Of a stretch of 64,000 nt of DNA, positions 39,441-59,360 are shown one piece after another. A program made the position numbers and the translations under genes. The notes below the pieces were generated by a model. The model saw only the letters and a program-made list of their open reading frames with translations. It had not been told where the DNA came from and did not search any database. Numbering within the stretch: the stretch's first letter is position 1; every line of letters begins with the position of its first letter. The stretch is from the human T2T-CHM13v2.0 reference genome, Homo sapiens: NCBI RefSeq assembly GCF_009914755.1, contig NC_060929.1; one strand, given 5' to 3'.

Positions 39441-40200
39441 TAAAGCTTGAAATATTTATTATCTGTCCTTTATAGAAACAGTTTGTTGACCTCTGTTCTA
39501 GAGTACAATCAGCTGCCAAAAAGAAAAAAAAAAGGTTGTGAGTATAAAATTACTTAAGGGAAATGACTGGATAACGTGTTTAAATTTGGGCAAATGAATC
39601 ATAATGAAAATGGTAAATTGTCAAGAGTGGTATTTATGAAACTTAGGTTGGTGCTACTTGGCCTTGCTGGGAACTTTGATTGTTCCCAAGATGCATTTGC
39701 TTAGCTCTTCTCACCAGGGCGAGTATTGAGTATTGTGCTTTTTGGTTCCCATGCCTTTGTACCAATGGATATGCTTTGATGCAAGTAAAAGAAAACATGA
39801 CTAAATGTAGTTTAAATTTAAAAATTTATAATACCCCTCATTACAATTTTAGAAGAAAGGGGATTCTGGAGCTGCTTAATTCAACAGCTCAAAGATGAGA
39901 TCAAGGACACAGGTTCTCTCCACTCTTCCGCTCTGCCATTTGCAGCTTGTTCTTAGGTTCACATCCCATGTCCTCAGTGTGGCTGTGGTAGTTCATCATG
40001 ACCTAAGAGTGGAAGAGGGGAAGAGGCCTGTCCTTTTCTTCGTGTTCCATTGTAACGTGATGTGATGAAAATTATTCCAGAAGTTCCCTACAGACCTCCT
40101 TTCTGAGTTAGTTCCCATACCTCTTCTAGCCTTAGTAAGGGGACTAGAATACCATGATAAGGCCTAGACTAATCAGAATTCATCCCTAGATAGAAAAGGG

Positions 40201-40536
<336 letters not shown>

Positions 40537-40589
40537 TTATCTAATTCTTGAACGAAACTGGGATTTTGCTAGCAAAGAAAAATGTGGGG

Positions 40590-40879
40590 GGATGGATGTG
40601 GTGGCTCACACTTGTAATGCACTTTGGGAGGCTGAGGCAGGTGGATCACCTGAGGTCAGGAGTTTGAGACCAGCCTGGCCAATATGGTGAAACCCTGTCT
40701 CTATGAAAAATACAAAAATTAGCTGGGTGTGCAGCATGTTCCTGTAGTCCCAGCTACTCAGGAGGCTGAGGCAGGAGAACCGCTTCAACCCGGGAGGCGG
40801 AGGTTGGATTGAGCTGAGCTCCTGCACTGCACTCCAGCCTGGGCAACAGAGCAAGACTCCATCTCAAAAAAAAAAAAAA
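40590..40879 (+). mobile_element. AluSx-type SINE
   Basis: TSD aaaaatgtggg. Confidence 0.9.
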
Positions 40880-40896
40880 TGTGGGAGAATGAATGA

Positions 40897-41312
<416 letters not shown>

Positions 41313-41472
41313 GTGATGTGCATATATAAATGAGGAAATCTAAATGACTAGACTTCCTTTCTTTTTTCCTCCTCCTTCTCTTCCTCTAAAAACTGCAAGC
41401 CAACATGATGTGTCTTCTAGGGGCATGAGAGATGGAGAAAGAAAGCCTCAGCTACCATGAGACTTTGTTCAG

Positions 41473-41808
41473 TGCTATGATCTGAATGTGTTTCTGCCAA
41501 ATTCCTATGCTGAAATCCTAACTCCCAAGAAGATGGTACTACAAGATGATTGGAAGGTGATTAGGTCATGAAGGCTCTGCCCTTATGGGATTAGTGCCCT
41601 CATAAAAGGGGCACCAGAGAGCTAACTGCCTTACCCTTTCTCCATGTGAGGACGGAATGAGAGGGCGCCCTCATCCAAACACTGAATCTGCTGGTGCCTT
41701 GATTTTGGACTCTATAGCCTTCAGAACTGTGATAAATAAATTTCTGTTTTTTATAAATGACTCCATCTATAGTATTTTGTTATAGCAGCTTGAAAGGACA
41801 AAGACGTT
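41473..41808 (+). mobile_element. MST/MLT1A MaLR solo LTR
   Basis: tgctatgatctgaatgtg ... cagaactgtga.aaataaatttctg ... ttttgttatagcagc. Confidence 0.8.
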
Positions 41809-42027
41809 CAGTTTAAATCATGAATACAGACCCATTTGTACCAAAAATTAACACAGCAACAAACCTTTACTGAACACCTATGATGGGCCAGCTTTTGGGG
41901 ACATAGCAGTTAATAAAATAGAAAACCCCCCAACCCCTATGGAGCTTACATTCTACCAGGCAGATTCAGTGTATTAATCTCTAATGTGCCAGTTCACTAT
42001 CTCCTTCCATCTGAGTCTTAAAAGTAT

Positions 42028-42324
42028 TTTTTTTTTCTTTGAGACTGAGTCTCCCTCTATTGCCCAGGCTAGAGTGCAGTGGTGCAATCTCAGCTCACTG
42101 CAACCTCTCCGCCTCTCAGGTTCAAGCAATTCTCATGCCTCAGCCTCCCGAGTAGCTGGGATTACAAGCACCCGCCACCATGCCCAGCTAATTTTTGTAT
42201 TTTTAGCACAGACGGGGTTTCACCATGTTGGCCAGGCTGGTTTCAAACTCCTGACCTCCAGTGATCCGCTTACCTCAGCCTCCCAAAGTGCTGAGATTAC
42301 AGGCATGAGCCACTGTGCCCAGCC
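42028..42324 (-). mobile_element. AluSx-type SINE
   Basis: Antisense full-length. Confidence 0.93.
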
Positions 42325-42531
42325 TTAAAGTACTTTTTTGGATGTTGACTTTTCTTTCTTAGGTGATATAATGTAGTAGTAGTAATCTCAATTTGTGGGT
42401 GGAAATAAAACACTTAGATCATTCTGGTTTATGCAGAATCTCAAATTTACCCACAGCCAACCTGCCTCCTCTTTTGGAAAACAGGAGAAAAAAATCCGAG
42501 AAAGGGAACGCTGATTGAAATAAACAAAGAG

Positions 42532-42935
<404 letters not shown>

Positions 42936-43572
42936 TTATGTGATAGGGGCACAGGGCAAAAGGACATTAGAACGAGAAATTCAGGGGTCATGGTGAGACT
43001 GTTCTCACTCTGACTTGAATCTGAAATCTTGACTAAGGGAGAAGTTTGAGATGGGGGCTAGTGAGGTTGGACCCTCCAGAGGAAGACTGGCTTGACCCAG
43101 GTTAACCCAGTGACTCATTCCTCTGCTAAGCCACTGCTTTCCCCACCCTAACGTCTGTCCTTGCCTGCTTCTTCCAGGAGGTCTTCTGTGCCCACAAACA
43201 TAGCTCAAGTCTTGAAGCACATCCAGGGGGTTTGAGCCTCCCCCTCCCACGGTCAGAATCTCTTTCCTGTCTGAATTACTTGAGATGCCACTTGTAGGGC
43301 CAGAGTGCCTTCACACTCTTCCAGACTTGAGAACCTTCCCTGAAACTTCATTTGTATCCACTTGAACCTGGGTACACGGGATTGATATCCTACGTGCAAC
43401 TGGGATCCTGCAGGTGCCCTTAGAGCATCAGGGCTTTATTAGAAATGAGGGTGGGGAGAGATACAGGGAGCGTAGATTCTGAGTGTGGCAAAGATGGGTT
43501 AGAAGCAGTTGTCATCATTAATATTCTCTGAGGTTAGTGACAAAATGCTGGCACACTTGACACTCCCAGTGA

Positions 43573-43889
<317 letters not shown>

Positions 43890-44599
43890 CAGTCACCTTC
43901 TTTCAAAATCTTTTTTTTTTTTTTGGTGTGGTATGCAAAGATTTTTTGCTACAAATCCAGATACCCATGATAAAACTATAACCAGAAAGCCTTTATGAAT
44001 GGTTTATTAAATCATATCCCTACTCTCTCAGGAAAGGATATATAAAATGTAACAACATATCAAGAATAATAATTAGAAATAAAGGAATAAAATGGAGTCA
44101 GGAATGTGACTACAAAAACACACCATAATTACTAGGCATGACCTGGCTGCAGATTTAACTTTGGGCTTACTAACAAACAATTCAAAGTGAGAACTGTGGC
44201 TGGTTATACAATTCACATAGTTGATAAGATTAAAAGGCCAGTGGCCCAAAAGAAGTACAATCATTCCTGGAACGAAGACTAGAAAAATTCTTTGGAGAGC
44301 CCCCGGGAAAAAGACAGGGTGAAATGTTGAGTAACGTGCTCAACTATATCCTTAGAGGAGATTCAGTGACAAGCTCTTTCTAACAGCATCTCTTGGTCTG
44401 GCAAATTCCTGGGACAGGGTGGGTAGAGGTGGTGGTTTCTTTGAAGTATCGGTCTGTGTCCATAACTTTGAAGAACCACAAACATACTGCCAGTTTAGGA
44501 CATGTCAATGTTTTAGTAAGGAAAAAATATAACAGTCTATTTTCTAGTAGAAAGAGAAAGCCCTCCCTTCAAAGCCCTAATATCACTGATTCCCTGCCA

Positions 44600-44631
44600 A
44601 CACACACACACACATACACACACACACACAC
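44600..44631. repeat. (CA)n microsatellite
   Basis: Direct reading. Confidence 0.95.
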
Positions 44632-44764
44632 CTCTAAATGTTCAATCCATAGCTTGGCTGAATGAAGGAAATGTTTTAATGTAATATGGGAGCCACCAAT
44701 TAAGGAAATGAGGACCTGAGAGTAGGCAATAAATTGAAATTAAAATTATTCATTCTTAAATAAT

Positions 44765-45090
44765 GGTGGAGCCAGATTTTATGTGAGGCCTGAAGCTTAT
44801 ACAATTTTAGGCGCTCTCTTTAAGGAAAAGAACATACAGTTCTGAACATAAAAGATGGTATGAAAATAAATATATGGAAAGAGGAAATAAATCACAACAA
44901 ATGACTGGAGCCACAGAGATCTACATCCTTTTCTTCTGAGATTAAGTACTTTACCAGAAATGCTTACAGAGAAACAGTTCCTGATTGTAACCTGCTATCC
45001 CTTTCCTACCAGCAACTAACCCCCAGCACTAGCGGGGGCCTGTGCAAGTGAGGCCCCCCACCTAAGCTTAAGTTTCATTAATTCACGGCT
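44765..45090. mobile_element. Old hAT-Tip100-like fossil (ORSL-like)
   Basis: ggcctgaagcttatacaatttt...ctctttaag.aaaagaa...aaatcacaacaaat; from recall only. Confidence 0.45.
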
Positions 45091-46762
45091 ATGTAGAAAA
45101 TCGTCTCAATTCCCATACCGAGTCCATCATCATTTCCTAGAAGACTAAGCCTCTTCCTTCTCCTTGATACTGCACACTTTGAACTGCTGTTGATAAGATC
45201 CCAAATAAATCAATGCCTTTATTTCTTTGAAAATGACTTCATATCCATCTGGAAGAAATAATAGCTCCCAGTCTCATTCTTTTTAAAGTGATCATGTGTC
45301 CCCATTCAGCATGCAGGGCTCTAAATTTGGGTATCCTTGGCTGTCATGTGACAGAATTTCCCTAGAAGTGTTTTGGGACTAAACGGGAGGAATGTGAGAT
45401 TTGCTCTGTTTTGTAAAGCAAACAGCAGGAAGTTGGGAAAGTCTGATAAATCTGAATGCATTTTCTGTACTATCTTGTCCTCTATTCAACTCAATTTTAT
45501 TTTTTCTTCTTGGATGAGGAGCCATAATCAGGTTTCCATTGACAACCTGTGAAAATGTTGACTACAGTTTTGTAACTGAGTTGAAAGCAGAAAAGCCAGA
45601 TGGAAAAACAATCTCCAACCTGAAAAGTAAAAAGCAAAATGTACTTCTAGAAAAATATTGCACGTGACTTGGAGAAAAATTAGAATAGGATCTGCCTATT
45701 TTAAAATGAAACCTCAAGCATGTGGTTTAGGCTTAGGGTGTTTCCTCTTTTTTTCTTGTAATTTTACTCTGAGATTGAAGCAGTGTTGGCATATTTGCCA
45801 CACAATAGGTTTCCTGTAGTAGGAGGAAAGAGTCATAGGTTGAGTTTATATGAAAAAAGGCAAGGCCCGCTGATGATCATTTAACACAGAATGTAAAATG
45901 ATCAGATTTTTTAAAAGTAAAATATCAGTTGAACGTAGGAAGATTCCCCAATATGCTATGGTGCCTTGTAGTAACTGAGTCCTTGCAGCTGCTTCCTGGC
46001 AGTGATTCCCTCCCAGACCTCCAAAAGGTTGTATGTGCTGGGGAACCAGGTAAGTGTGAATACCCAGTAGGGACAGGGCTCTGATCCAGGGCTGGAAGGC
46101 AGCGCCTGGGATCCTCAGGGCTGATTTAACAACCTTCTGATCCATGGGTCTCTGGGGAAACATTTTAGAATTGACATCTTTGCTTGGAGACCACAGAGCT
46201 GCCGATAAGAACATAGCAAGCTTATCCACAAATGTGTTTTTATAGGAAATTTTGTGTGGGAAAGAAATGGGGAGGAATATACAAGAAGAAAAGAAAGAAG
46301 GAAGGGAAAGCAAACTAAGCTCAGGTCCAACGTAGGGAGAAGAAACACTTGTTAATTGTTTTGAGGCATACAACTACAGTGAACTCTCAGTAAGTCAGAA
46401 TAGTCTCAAAGAGATCTGATCTGAATTAAAATGTAAACTAGACAATAATTTTAAAGGTAAATATAAATTTATTATTTTAAAGCATACTCCTTAATACTTA
46501 AATAGCTGAGAAAACAAGTAGAAATCCTCCTGGGATTGCTCAAATGCCTTAAGGAAAAAAATTGTAATGAGGACAATTAATTGTTCTTATCTAAATAGGT
46601 GCTGCTAAAACTACTTTAAGTATTTGAAAACTTCGTTTCCTTAAGAAGCTAAACATGATTTCAGCATTTGCTTTGCAAATCTTATTTTTCAAAATATTGC
46701 TTTGGCAGATTTTGGCTTTCTACTGAAATTATAAATTATTCTGTACTCTTTTAGCAGGGTGA

Positions 46763-47191
<429 letters not shown>

Positions 47192-47384
47192 TGAGATTAA
47201 AAATTTTTTTTGAATTGGTAAAACATTTGAAAGAAATTGAAGAAACCCAGTAAAACATTTAAAAGAAATTAAAGGGCATGAAGGGAGATGTACATAAAAT
47301 AAGTCTCCTTTCCATTCTTGTTCCCTAACCTTTTTCCCCAGAGTCCCCCATGGCTCACCAGTTTCTTATGTGTGCGTTTTAAGA

Positions 47385-47870
47385 TATTGTGCTGAACATT
47401 TAAGATATAATATCTCATTTAATCCCATGTGGTAATTGACTACATATTGTCATCTTCATTTAATAGATGAGGTAACTGAAGCACAGAGCATACTTGCCCC
47501 AGATCACAAGGAAATAAGAGAACCAGGATCAGAACCCGTGCCAGTGCATCACTGCTTTACATCCTCCGCATTATCTTCACTCCAGATGGCCACAAAGCCT
47601 GGTCTCTACTTTCTTGTCCCCACCCCTCTGCTTGTTTAAATTTGACTCATGCTTTAAGGCCTTGTTTAGAATAATGACAGCATTTACTGAGTGCTCACTA
47701 TGTGCCAGGCACTTACATACACTATCTTATTTAACCTTCATAATAGCCTTAGGAGGTAAGTAAGTATTATTATCTCCATTTAAGAGAAGTGAAGCTGAGA
47801 CTTAGAAAGCCACATAGCTAGTAAGTGGCAGCGTAACACTGCCATGCTGGTCTGATCTGAGGCCCTAACC
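47385..47870 (-). mobile_element. MIR fragments (two)
   Basis: atctcatttaatcc...atagatgagg.aactga; catttactgagtgctcactatgtgccaggcac. Confidence 0.7.
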
Positions 47871-48259
47871 TCCCACCTCCCGCCCATTCACTCACAAAGT
47901 TCTCCCCAGTTTGCAGTGATTTCACTTCTAGGAATAGCCTTAGCACTTCTTATCACAAACCACGATGGTATTTGCTTGCAAATTTTTCTGTATTGTTCTT
48001 TGGCAGTTTAACCTCCTAGATTCTTCTCTTTCAACCTTGCTGTCCACTCCTAGAAAGCAGACTCTATTTGTAATGCTCAATCATAATGCAATTGTACAAA
48101 TCCTACTGAGACCTTACAAAATAGAACAAGAAAATGGACTAATGAAAATGGAACTCTTTAAACTTCAGTCTGGAATTACATCATTGGCATATTTAGCTTT
48201 TGAAAAATCAAATATATGTGCACTAGAATAAGTGAGAGAGGAAAAAGGCAACTTGGTGA

Positions 48260-48764
<505 letters not shown>

Positions 48765-48765
48765 C

Positions 48766-49412
<647 letters not shown>

Positions 49413-50481
49413 CAGGGCAAGCAGGACATGGAACTAGGTTCAAATACTGGAAGAAACTCTGACTCTATATCTTACTTTTAGGGAAATTAAAGGGATCTTA
49501 AAATTGAGCATACACATTTTTTACCTTTAGGACCTAACCCAATCTAAGGTGGCTGCATTTTACCTAAAGTTGAAGGATTGTCCCTAGCCAGAAAAGCTTC
49601 AGATCCCTTTAGTTCACATTCCAACATTGGGAAAATAAACTTGAAAAGTATTTTCCTTAGCAAAGAAAGATCTGGGTGTGAAACAAAGTTCATTTTGTTT
49701 TGTTTTGCTTTTTTCTTGATCATCAGTCTCCAGTGCCAATGTCTCAGTTTGCAGACTAACTGTAATCACATGTGTGGCCTCTCCTTAGGAGAAACAGTAA
49801 CACACTCTCTGATGGATCAATTTGGCATAAACTGTGAAGTAAAACGGATTCCATGCTGGGTGGAAGGTTGGACCAGAAGTTCTCCAAGTTTCCTTTCAAA
49901 CCTCTCTGTGGCAGTATTCCAACTGTTCTAAGGCCATTGTGAAAGGTCTTCTGAGTAATTTATGGCCTCTTTTTTCCTTTAACCAAGCGCATTAGATGAT
50001 CTCCAGATGTCTCTGTTATTCCTTTTGGAAGCAGTAGGGTCCTGGATCATGAGCTGGGCTGTGGGGAACGCTGCCTGGGAACTGTGAGGACATATTTAAC
50101 CTGCTGATCTTGAATGTCTCTAGTTCCTCACTGGTCTTGCCTGCCTCTTGTTAGGTCAAGGCACTCATAGGAAGTGGATTAGTTGCATTTAAGGAGAATT
50201 AAGTGTTGTTTGAAAAAATATCTGGACCCTGGGGCCCCAAGCAGGGGTAGAGATTTACTGTGGAGCTCTTTCCTGAAAGCAGAACAGGGATCTGGAACTC
50301 AAGGCCAGGGCCTTTGGGTTAGGAAAGTGGGGCACCAGGATGGGTGAAGAGATTGGCTGGGGAGGGCTACCAGCCCCTGCCTTAAACTTTGGGCCTGCCC
50401 AGCAGTCTCTCTGTCACTGTTAAGGCCATCTTCACCTTGTGGTGACCCAGTTTTGTCTTTTCTGAGAAAAGGCTTTGTTGA

Positions 50482-50846
<365 letters not shown>

Positions 50847-50990
50847 TCAGATTTTACGCCACTCCAGGGGTGTATTAAGCTAGGTTGCCACCTCCTCTGA
50901 TGACTCTCTTTCCCGTATCCCCTTTTCCACGTGTTCTGCTTGCCCTTCACAATAAACTGTTATCTCCTGAAGAAAAAAAAACTGGATTTT

Positions 50991-51397
<407 letters not shown>

Positions 51398-51419
51398 CTA
51401 TATTGTCCTTGACTTTTTT

Positions 51420-52455
<1,036 letters not shown>

Positions 52456-52545
52456 TTCACCAGACTCCTAAGGTAGAGCTGACTTAAGGAAACATCATAG
52501 CCACCACCGTGGGAGTCTCCTCCACTCTAGGAACCCTCCATTTCT

Positions 52546-52747
<202 letters not shown>

Positions 52748-53530
52748 TGAAACCCAAGGCTAAAGGCTCCTCTATCCCATGCTCTCTCATCTTTTGCTTG
52801 GAGGTCCATTTCCTGGCTTTGCAGTCAGCTGGTGTGAGCTTTCCAATAAAGCAGGGCCTGGACAGCTCTCCCTACAGCTGCCAGCAACAACCTCAGGAAG
52901 CCCCAGGGTCCTTCACTTAAGTTGCTGTCAAAGCCTTTGAACTTGGGGCTCCGGGGCTTCATTATGGGTAGCAGCAAACAGGAGCCACCATTTTTCAAAA
53001 TGAAGTTAAAATCCTCCCCTTCTAACTCAATACATCTCTTAAATTCATCCCAGAAAAATAACCTGTTTTCCAAGTGACGTTAGATTCAGCAGCACCACCC
53101 CTACCCTATTGCCCCTGGGACTGATGATCTCCAGGCAGATGCTTCGCACCAGTGGCTGCTCCTGCCAGTAAAAAAAAAAAAAAAAAGAAGTTTCCATTGA
53201 TTTGCTTGAGAAATGTAAGTTTGGGGCTGTAGTCCCTGCCGCAAGGTCAATAGAGAATTGTCTTGCCTGAGGTGCCCCAGGAAATCAGCCAGGAAAAGCA
53301 GGGATCTACTTTTCATTTCATAGGTTAGGGAGGGGGTGGGAGGCTGGGGCAGGGAGAGAATGGAGAAGGGGAAGGTTCAGATAGCTGTGTGTTTAGATCA
53401 GAGGACTTGGGCTAAAGTCAGCAAGAAAACATGAATATTCCAACACAAAGAGGAGTGGAGTTACGCCATCAGGGGTGTGGGCTGGAAACCCTAAAAGGAC
53501 AGTTGCCTCCAGCTTGACATGAGTGTCTAG

Positions 53531-53908
<378 letters not shown>

Positions 53909-54428
53909 TAGGTGGAGTAGATCACATTTTATTCTTCCTGAACGTGGTAAAATGTTTCACAGGCAATTAAGAGTGGAGAAGAGAGAACTTTATACTTTTA
54001 ACTAAATTCTCAATTTATGGATCAGTTAAACCTTTTCATTTTCTGGCTCTTCCTCTTAATTCTGTTTCTTGTTTTTCCTTTCTCTCCCTGCAAGGCTCCC
54101 CTTTTTGTCCCCCACACTCCACTTTATTTTCCTACTTTTATTTCAGTGGCTGGCAAAATCAGAGCGTTATATTTGATTTTGAAAGAGTCACTATGGAAGC
54201 TTAGGCAATCTTTTTCTCTAGAACGTTGAGTAAGGTGGGTCTGAGCCTGTCCTTTTTGCAGCAGCTTAGGGAGGGTGTGTGTCCATATGTGTGTGAGTAT
54301 AGGAGGGGGTGAGGGAACCCAAGGCACCCCCTCCTTGCGAGACACAAAAACCTGATCCCCAGAGTAGGGGCAGAAGGCCAGGAGTAGGAGAAGTTTCTCT
54401 GTTTACTCCTTAAGATCTGGTGGTTGGG

Positions 54429-54726
54429 GGCTGTGCGTGGTGGCTCGTGCCTGTAATCCCAGCACTTTGGGAGGCGGAGGCGGGTGGATCACCTGAGGGC
54501 AGGAGTTTGAGACCAGCCTAACATGGTGATACCCTGTCTCTACTAAAATTACAAACTTATCTGGGCGTGGTGGCGGGCGCCTGTAATCCCAGCTACTCAG
54601 GAGGCTGAGGCAGGAGAATCACTTGAACCCCTGAAGGCTGAGGTTGCAGTGAGCTGAGACTTCGCCATTGCACTCCAGCCAAGGCAACAAGAGCGAAACT
54701 CCGCCTCAAAAAAAAAAAAAAAAAAA
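54429..54726 (+). mobile_element. AluSq-type SINE
   Basis: TSD aagatctggtggttgggg. Confidence 0.93.
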
Positions 54727-55965
54727 GATCTGGTGGTTGGGGCATTTTGGCAAATAGCTTGGCCACCACTTTATTATATGGTTAGTTTTGAAAGCAGATT
54801 GCTGAGAATGACAATGAAAGACAGAACTTACACTTTTTTTTTTTTTTTTTAAGTGAAAAGAGCAAGGCAACTAGTTAGCATCTTCAGGTTCTGGATAACC
54901 TGCAGTGTAGGCTTCAGGAAATTGACTAAGGGAATCTGAGAGTAGACTGCACTGGCCCTCTCTGGACTTCGACCTTTAGGTTCTTTTCCCCTTTTCCTTT
55001 GCCTCTGCTTCTCTGAGGTCAGCACTCACTTCAATAATCCTGTCCCAGGGCCACCAGATCTCCTTGAGCTTCAGAAAACCCTCCTCTCACTGTCCTTCCC
55101 CAATGTTTCAATGAATGAAGGCTCACTGAGCATACAGCAATCAAACCTGTGATCCAGGTGGCACTAGGAATTCAGCAGTAGCAGTGTGGTTCCCACACTG
55201 CTCACTGGACCTTGGCTAAGACACCACCTGGGACCACAGCTGATGGCTGGGTGTTAACACCTACCTATTGAAGAACGGAAAGAGAACAATTAAATGACAA
55301 GTTTTGTTTTTACTCCTAAGTGAAACCACAATCAGGGATAATTTGTGATTGTAAAGTTGGCACATATATCTTTTTTTTTTAAATCAGGGGAATTTTTCTT
55401 TTACTTTATAAGAGAAAATTAGAAGCCACTAGACAGGAACTCACTCAAATTCTTGCCACAAACTTACCTGCAGAGGAATTCATCATTTCCTCCTTCTCCT
55501 CCATCATAGTGAAAGAGACATCTCATTGACAAAGCCAATTCTGAGGCTCTAAATCTCTCTTGCAGCCTCATTGACATTGCTGCATTGCAAGTTCCTTTTC
55601 TCTCTTGATGCTTCACTTGCTGCTGATTCATTGCCATCAGCATTTAAACAAGCCCAAGTGTCTTCTATCCTTAAAATCTTACCCTTCCTAGCTTCCCCAC
55701 CCCTTTAATTCACTTCTTTATCTGACTTGTTTTGGTTACAGTTAAGTTTATTGAAACAGGTGTCCACACTCACCACCACTTCCTTACCCTCCACCCTGAA
55801 ACTCTCCTTGAAATCTGGCTGCTGCCCCAATGTTCCTCTGACACTGGTCCAGCCAAGATCACTAACAACCTTGTTGCTCAATTTTAGGCTGTTTTCCCAG
55901 CATTATCTGACTTGAGCTCTAAGTAGCTGATACCAGTGACCATGGCCTTCTTGAAAGTGTCTTCT

Positions 55966-56270
<305 letters not shown>

Positions 56271-56390
56271 GAAACTGTCTTCCTTGGTTTGGTGACATCT
56301 ATCTTTTCACCACACTTCTTAGAATCCTTTGTGGGCTATTTTTCTGTTAATATGTTCATTGTAGAATCTTTGGGAAATTAAAAAAAATAG

Positions 56391-56744
<354 letters not shown>

Positions 56745-56987
56745 CCCCACATGGAAGTCTTAGCAGCATTTTAGAATGCGGACATCCTAAATAGAGCTCA
56801 TCATTTCCATTCCCAAGCCTGCTCCCCAACTATAGTCTCTTTCTCAGTGGATGGCTCCATCCTTTCTCCTGTTGCTCAAGCCAGAGTCCTGATGTTATCT
56901 TGGACTCTTCCCTCTCCCATATTTCTCATGCCCAATCAATCATCAAGACCCATCAATTTTATCTCTTGACTATTTCCAAATCCATTT

Positions 56988-57219
56988 ATAATTGACCCTC
57001 GAACAACACAGGTTTGAACTGTGGGGATCACTTTTACGTGGATATTTTTCAACCAAACGCAGAATGAAAATACATTATTTGCAGGATGTGAAACCCACTC
57101 ACATAGAGGGCATATATGCAGGTTCTGCAGGACTTGAGTATGCACAGATTTTGGTATGGAATTGTGGAGTTCTGGAACCAATCCCCCGCGTATATGGAAA
57201 GTATGGAAGGACAACTGTA
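56988..57219. mobile_element. MER8 (TcMar-Tigger) fossil
   Basis: ttgaccctcgaacaacacaggtttgaactg ... ctggaaccaatccccc ... gacaactgta. Confidence 0.78.
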
Positions 57220-57246
57220 CTTTCTATTTTTTTTTTTTTTTTTTGA

Positions 57247-57556
<310 letters not shown>

Positions 57557-57595
<39 letters not shown>

Positions 57596-57883
57596 GAGAC
57601 GGAGTCTAAATCTGTCGCCCAGGCTGGAGTGTGGATTGCAGTGGTGATCTCGGCTCACGGCAACCTCCGCCTCCCGGGTTCAAGCCATTCACCTCCCTCA
57701 GCCTCCCTGGTAGCTGGGACTACAGGCACACGCCGCCATGCTCGGCTAATTTTTTTGTATTTTTAGTAGAATCGGGGTTTCACTGTGTTGCCTAGGCTGG
57801 TTTCGAACTCCTGAGCTCAAGCAATCCGCCCGCCTCGGCCTCTCAAAGTGCTAGGATTACAGGCGGAGCCACCGCGCCCGGCT
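57557..57883 (-). mobile_element. Old AluS (Sz6-like) with long poly-T
   Basis: gagctcaagcaatcc; TSD gccac(tga/cgc)gtctgttctt. Confidence 0.88.
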
Positions 57884-58260
57884 GCCACCGCGTCTGTTCT
57901 TACTGCTTCCGTGTTAGTTTGAGTTCCTCTCTTTCTCGCCAACTCAATTTGACAACCTCCTAACTAGTCTTCCTGACTCCATTTTTTGCCCCATTCCTTT
58001 CCATTCTTCCTACTACAGCCAGCCTCCTCTGTAAACAGTCACATCTGAGCGCGTCACCCCGCCACCCCTCTATTACATAAACTCTTTGATAGAGGGTAAT
58101 CCTCAGGACAAAGTCTACATTTCTCAATGTGACCTTCAAGGATCTGCATTTTGTGTTCTTTGCTTGCCTCTTCGGTCTTTTTTCCATCACACCTATCCCC
58201 ACCCCTTTCAGCCATACTGAACTAATTGTACTATTCTAAGTGCCCCTTCTCATCTCCCAG

Positions 58261-58564
58261 TTTTTTTTTTTTTTTGAGACGGAGTCTCGCTCTGTTGCCC
58301 AGGCTGGAGTGCAGTGGCGCGATCTGGGCTCACTGCAAGCTCCGCCTCCCGGGTTCACGCCATTCTCCTGCCTCAGCACCCCCAACAAGTAGCTGGGATC
58401 ACAGGCGCCCGCCACCAAGCCCAGCTAATTTTGTTTTTGTATTTTTAGTAGAGACGGGGTTTAACCGTGTTAGCCCGGGTGGTCTCGATCTCCTGACCTC
58501 ATGATCCGCCCGCCTCGACCTCCCGAAGTGCTGGGATTACAGGCGTGAGCCACCGCGCCCAGCC
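58261..58564 (-). mobile_element. AluY SINE
   Basis: TSD ctcatctccc. Confidence 0.93.
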
Positions 58565-58939
58565 TCATCTCCCTATTTTTTATGTGTAGTTCTTGAAATT
58601 TTTCTTTTCCCCTTCCTGGCTAACTGAAACTCATTTGTTGGATTTCAGGTTAGAGATATGGACCTCTCTTAAAGCCTTTCCTAAATTTTAGGTGCTCCCA
58701 GGGCCCCTACCAAAAGTCTTATGCTTTATTGTCAATGCCTGCCTGCTAATGATTGTAAGCCCCCAAGGAAAGGAATATGTCTGGTTGATGGGATCATTTC
58801 CCACACCTTGCACAGTGTGCAGCACAAATAGACAAATAGTTACTGAATATATGATTGTGATTCCAACCACTGCTTGTGGGGAAAAAGTGGTTCAATGACA
58901 TGGTCTGTCCTGAAACATTAAATTTTTTATCCTCACGTT

Positions 58940-59360
<421 letters not shown>

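Noticed and set aside
45846-46373. 175-aa minus-strand ORF in unique DNA
   Set aside because: No recognisable domain and no coding-like composition; compatible with chance in 64 kb.
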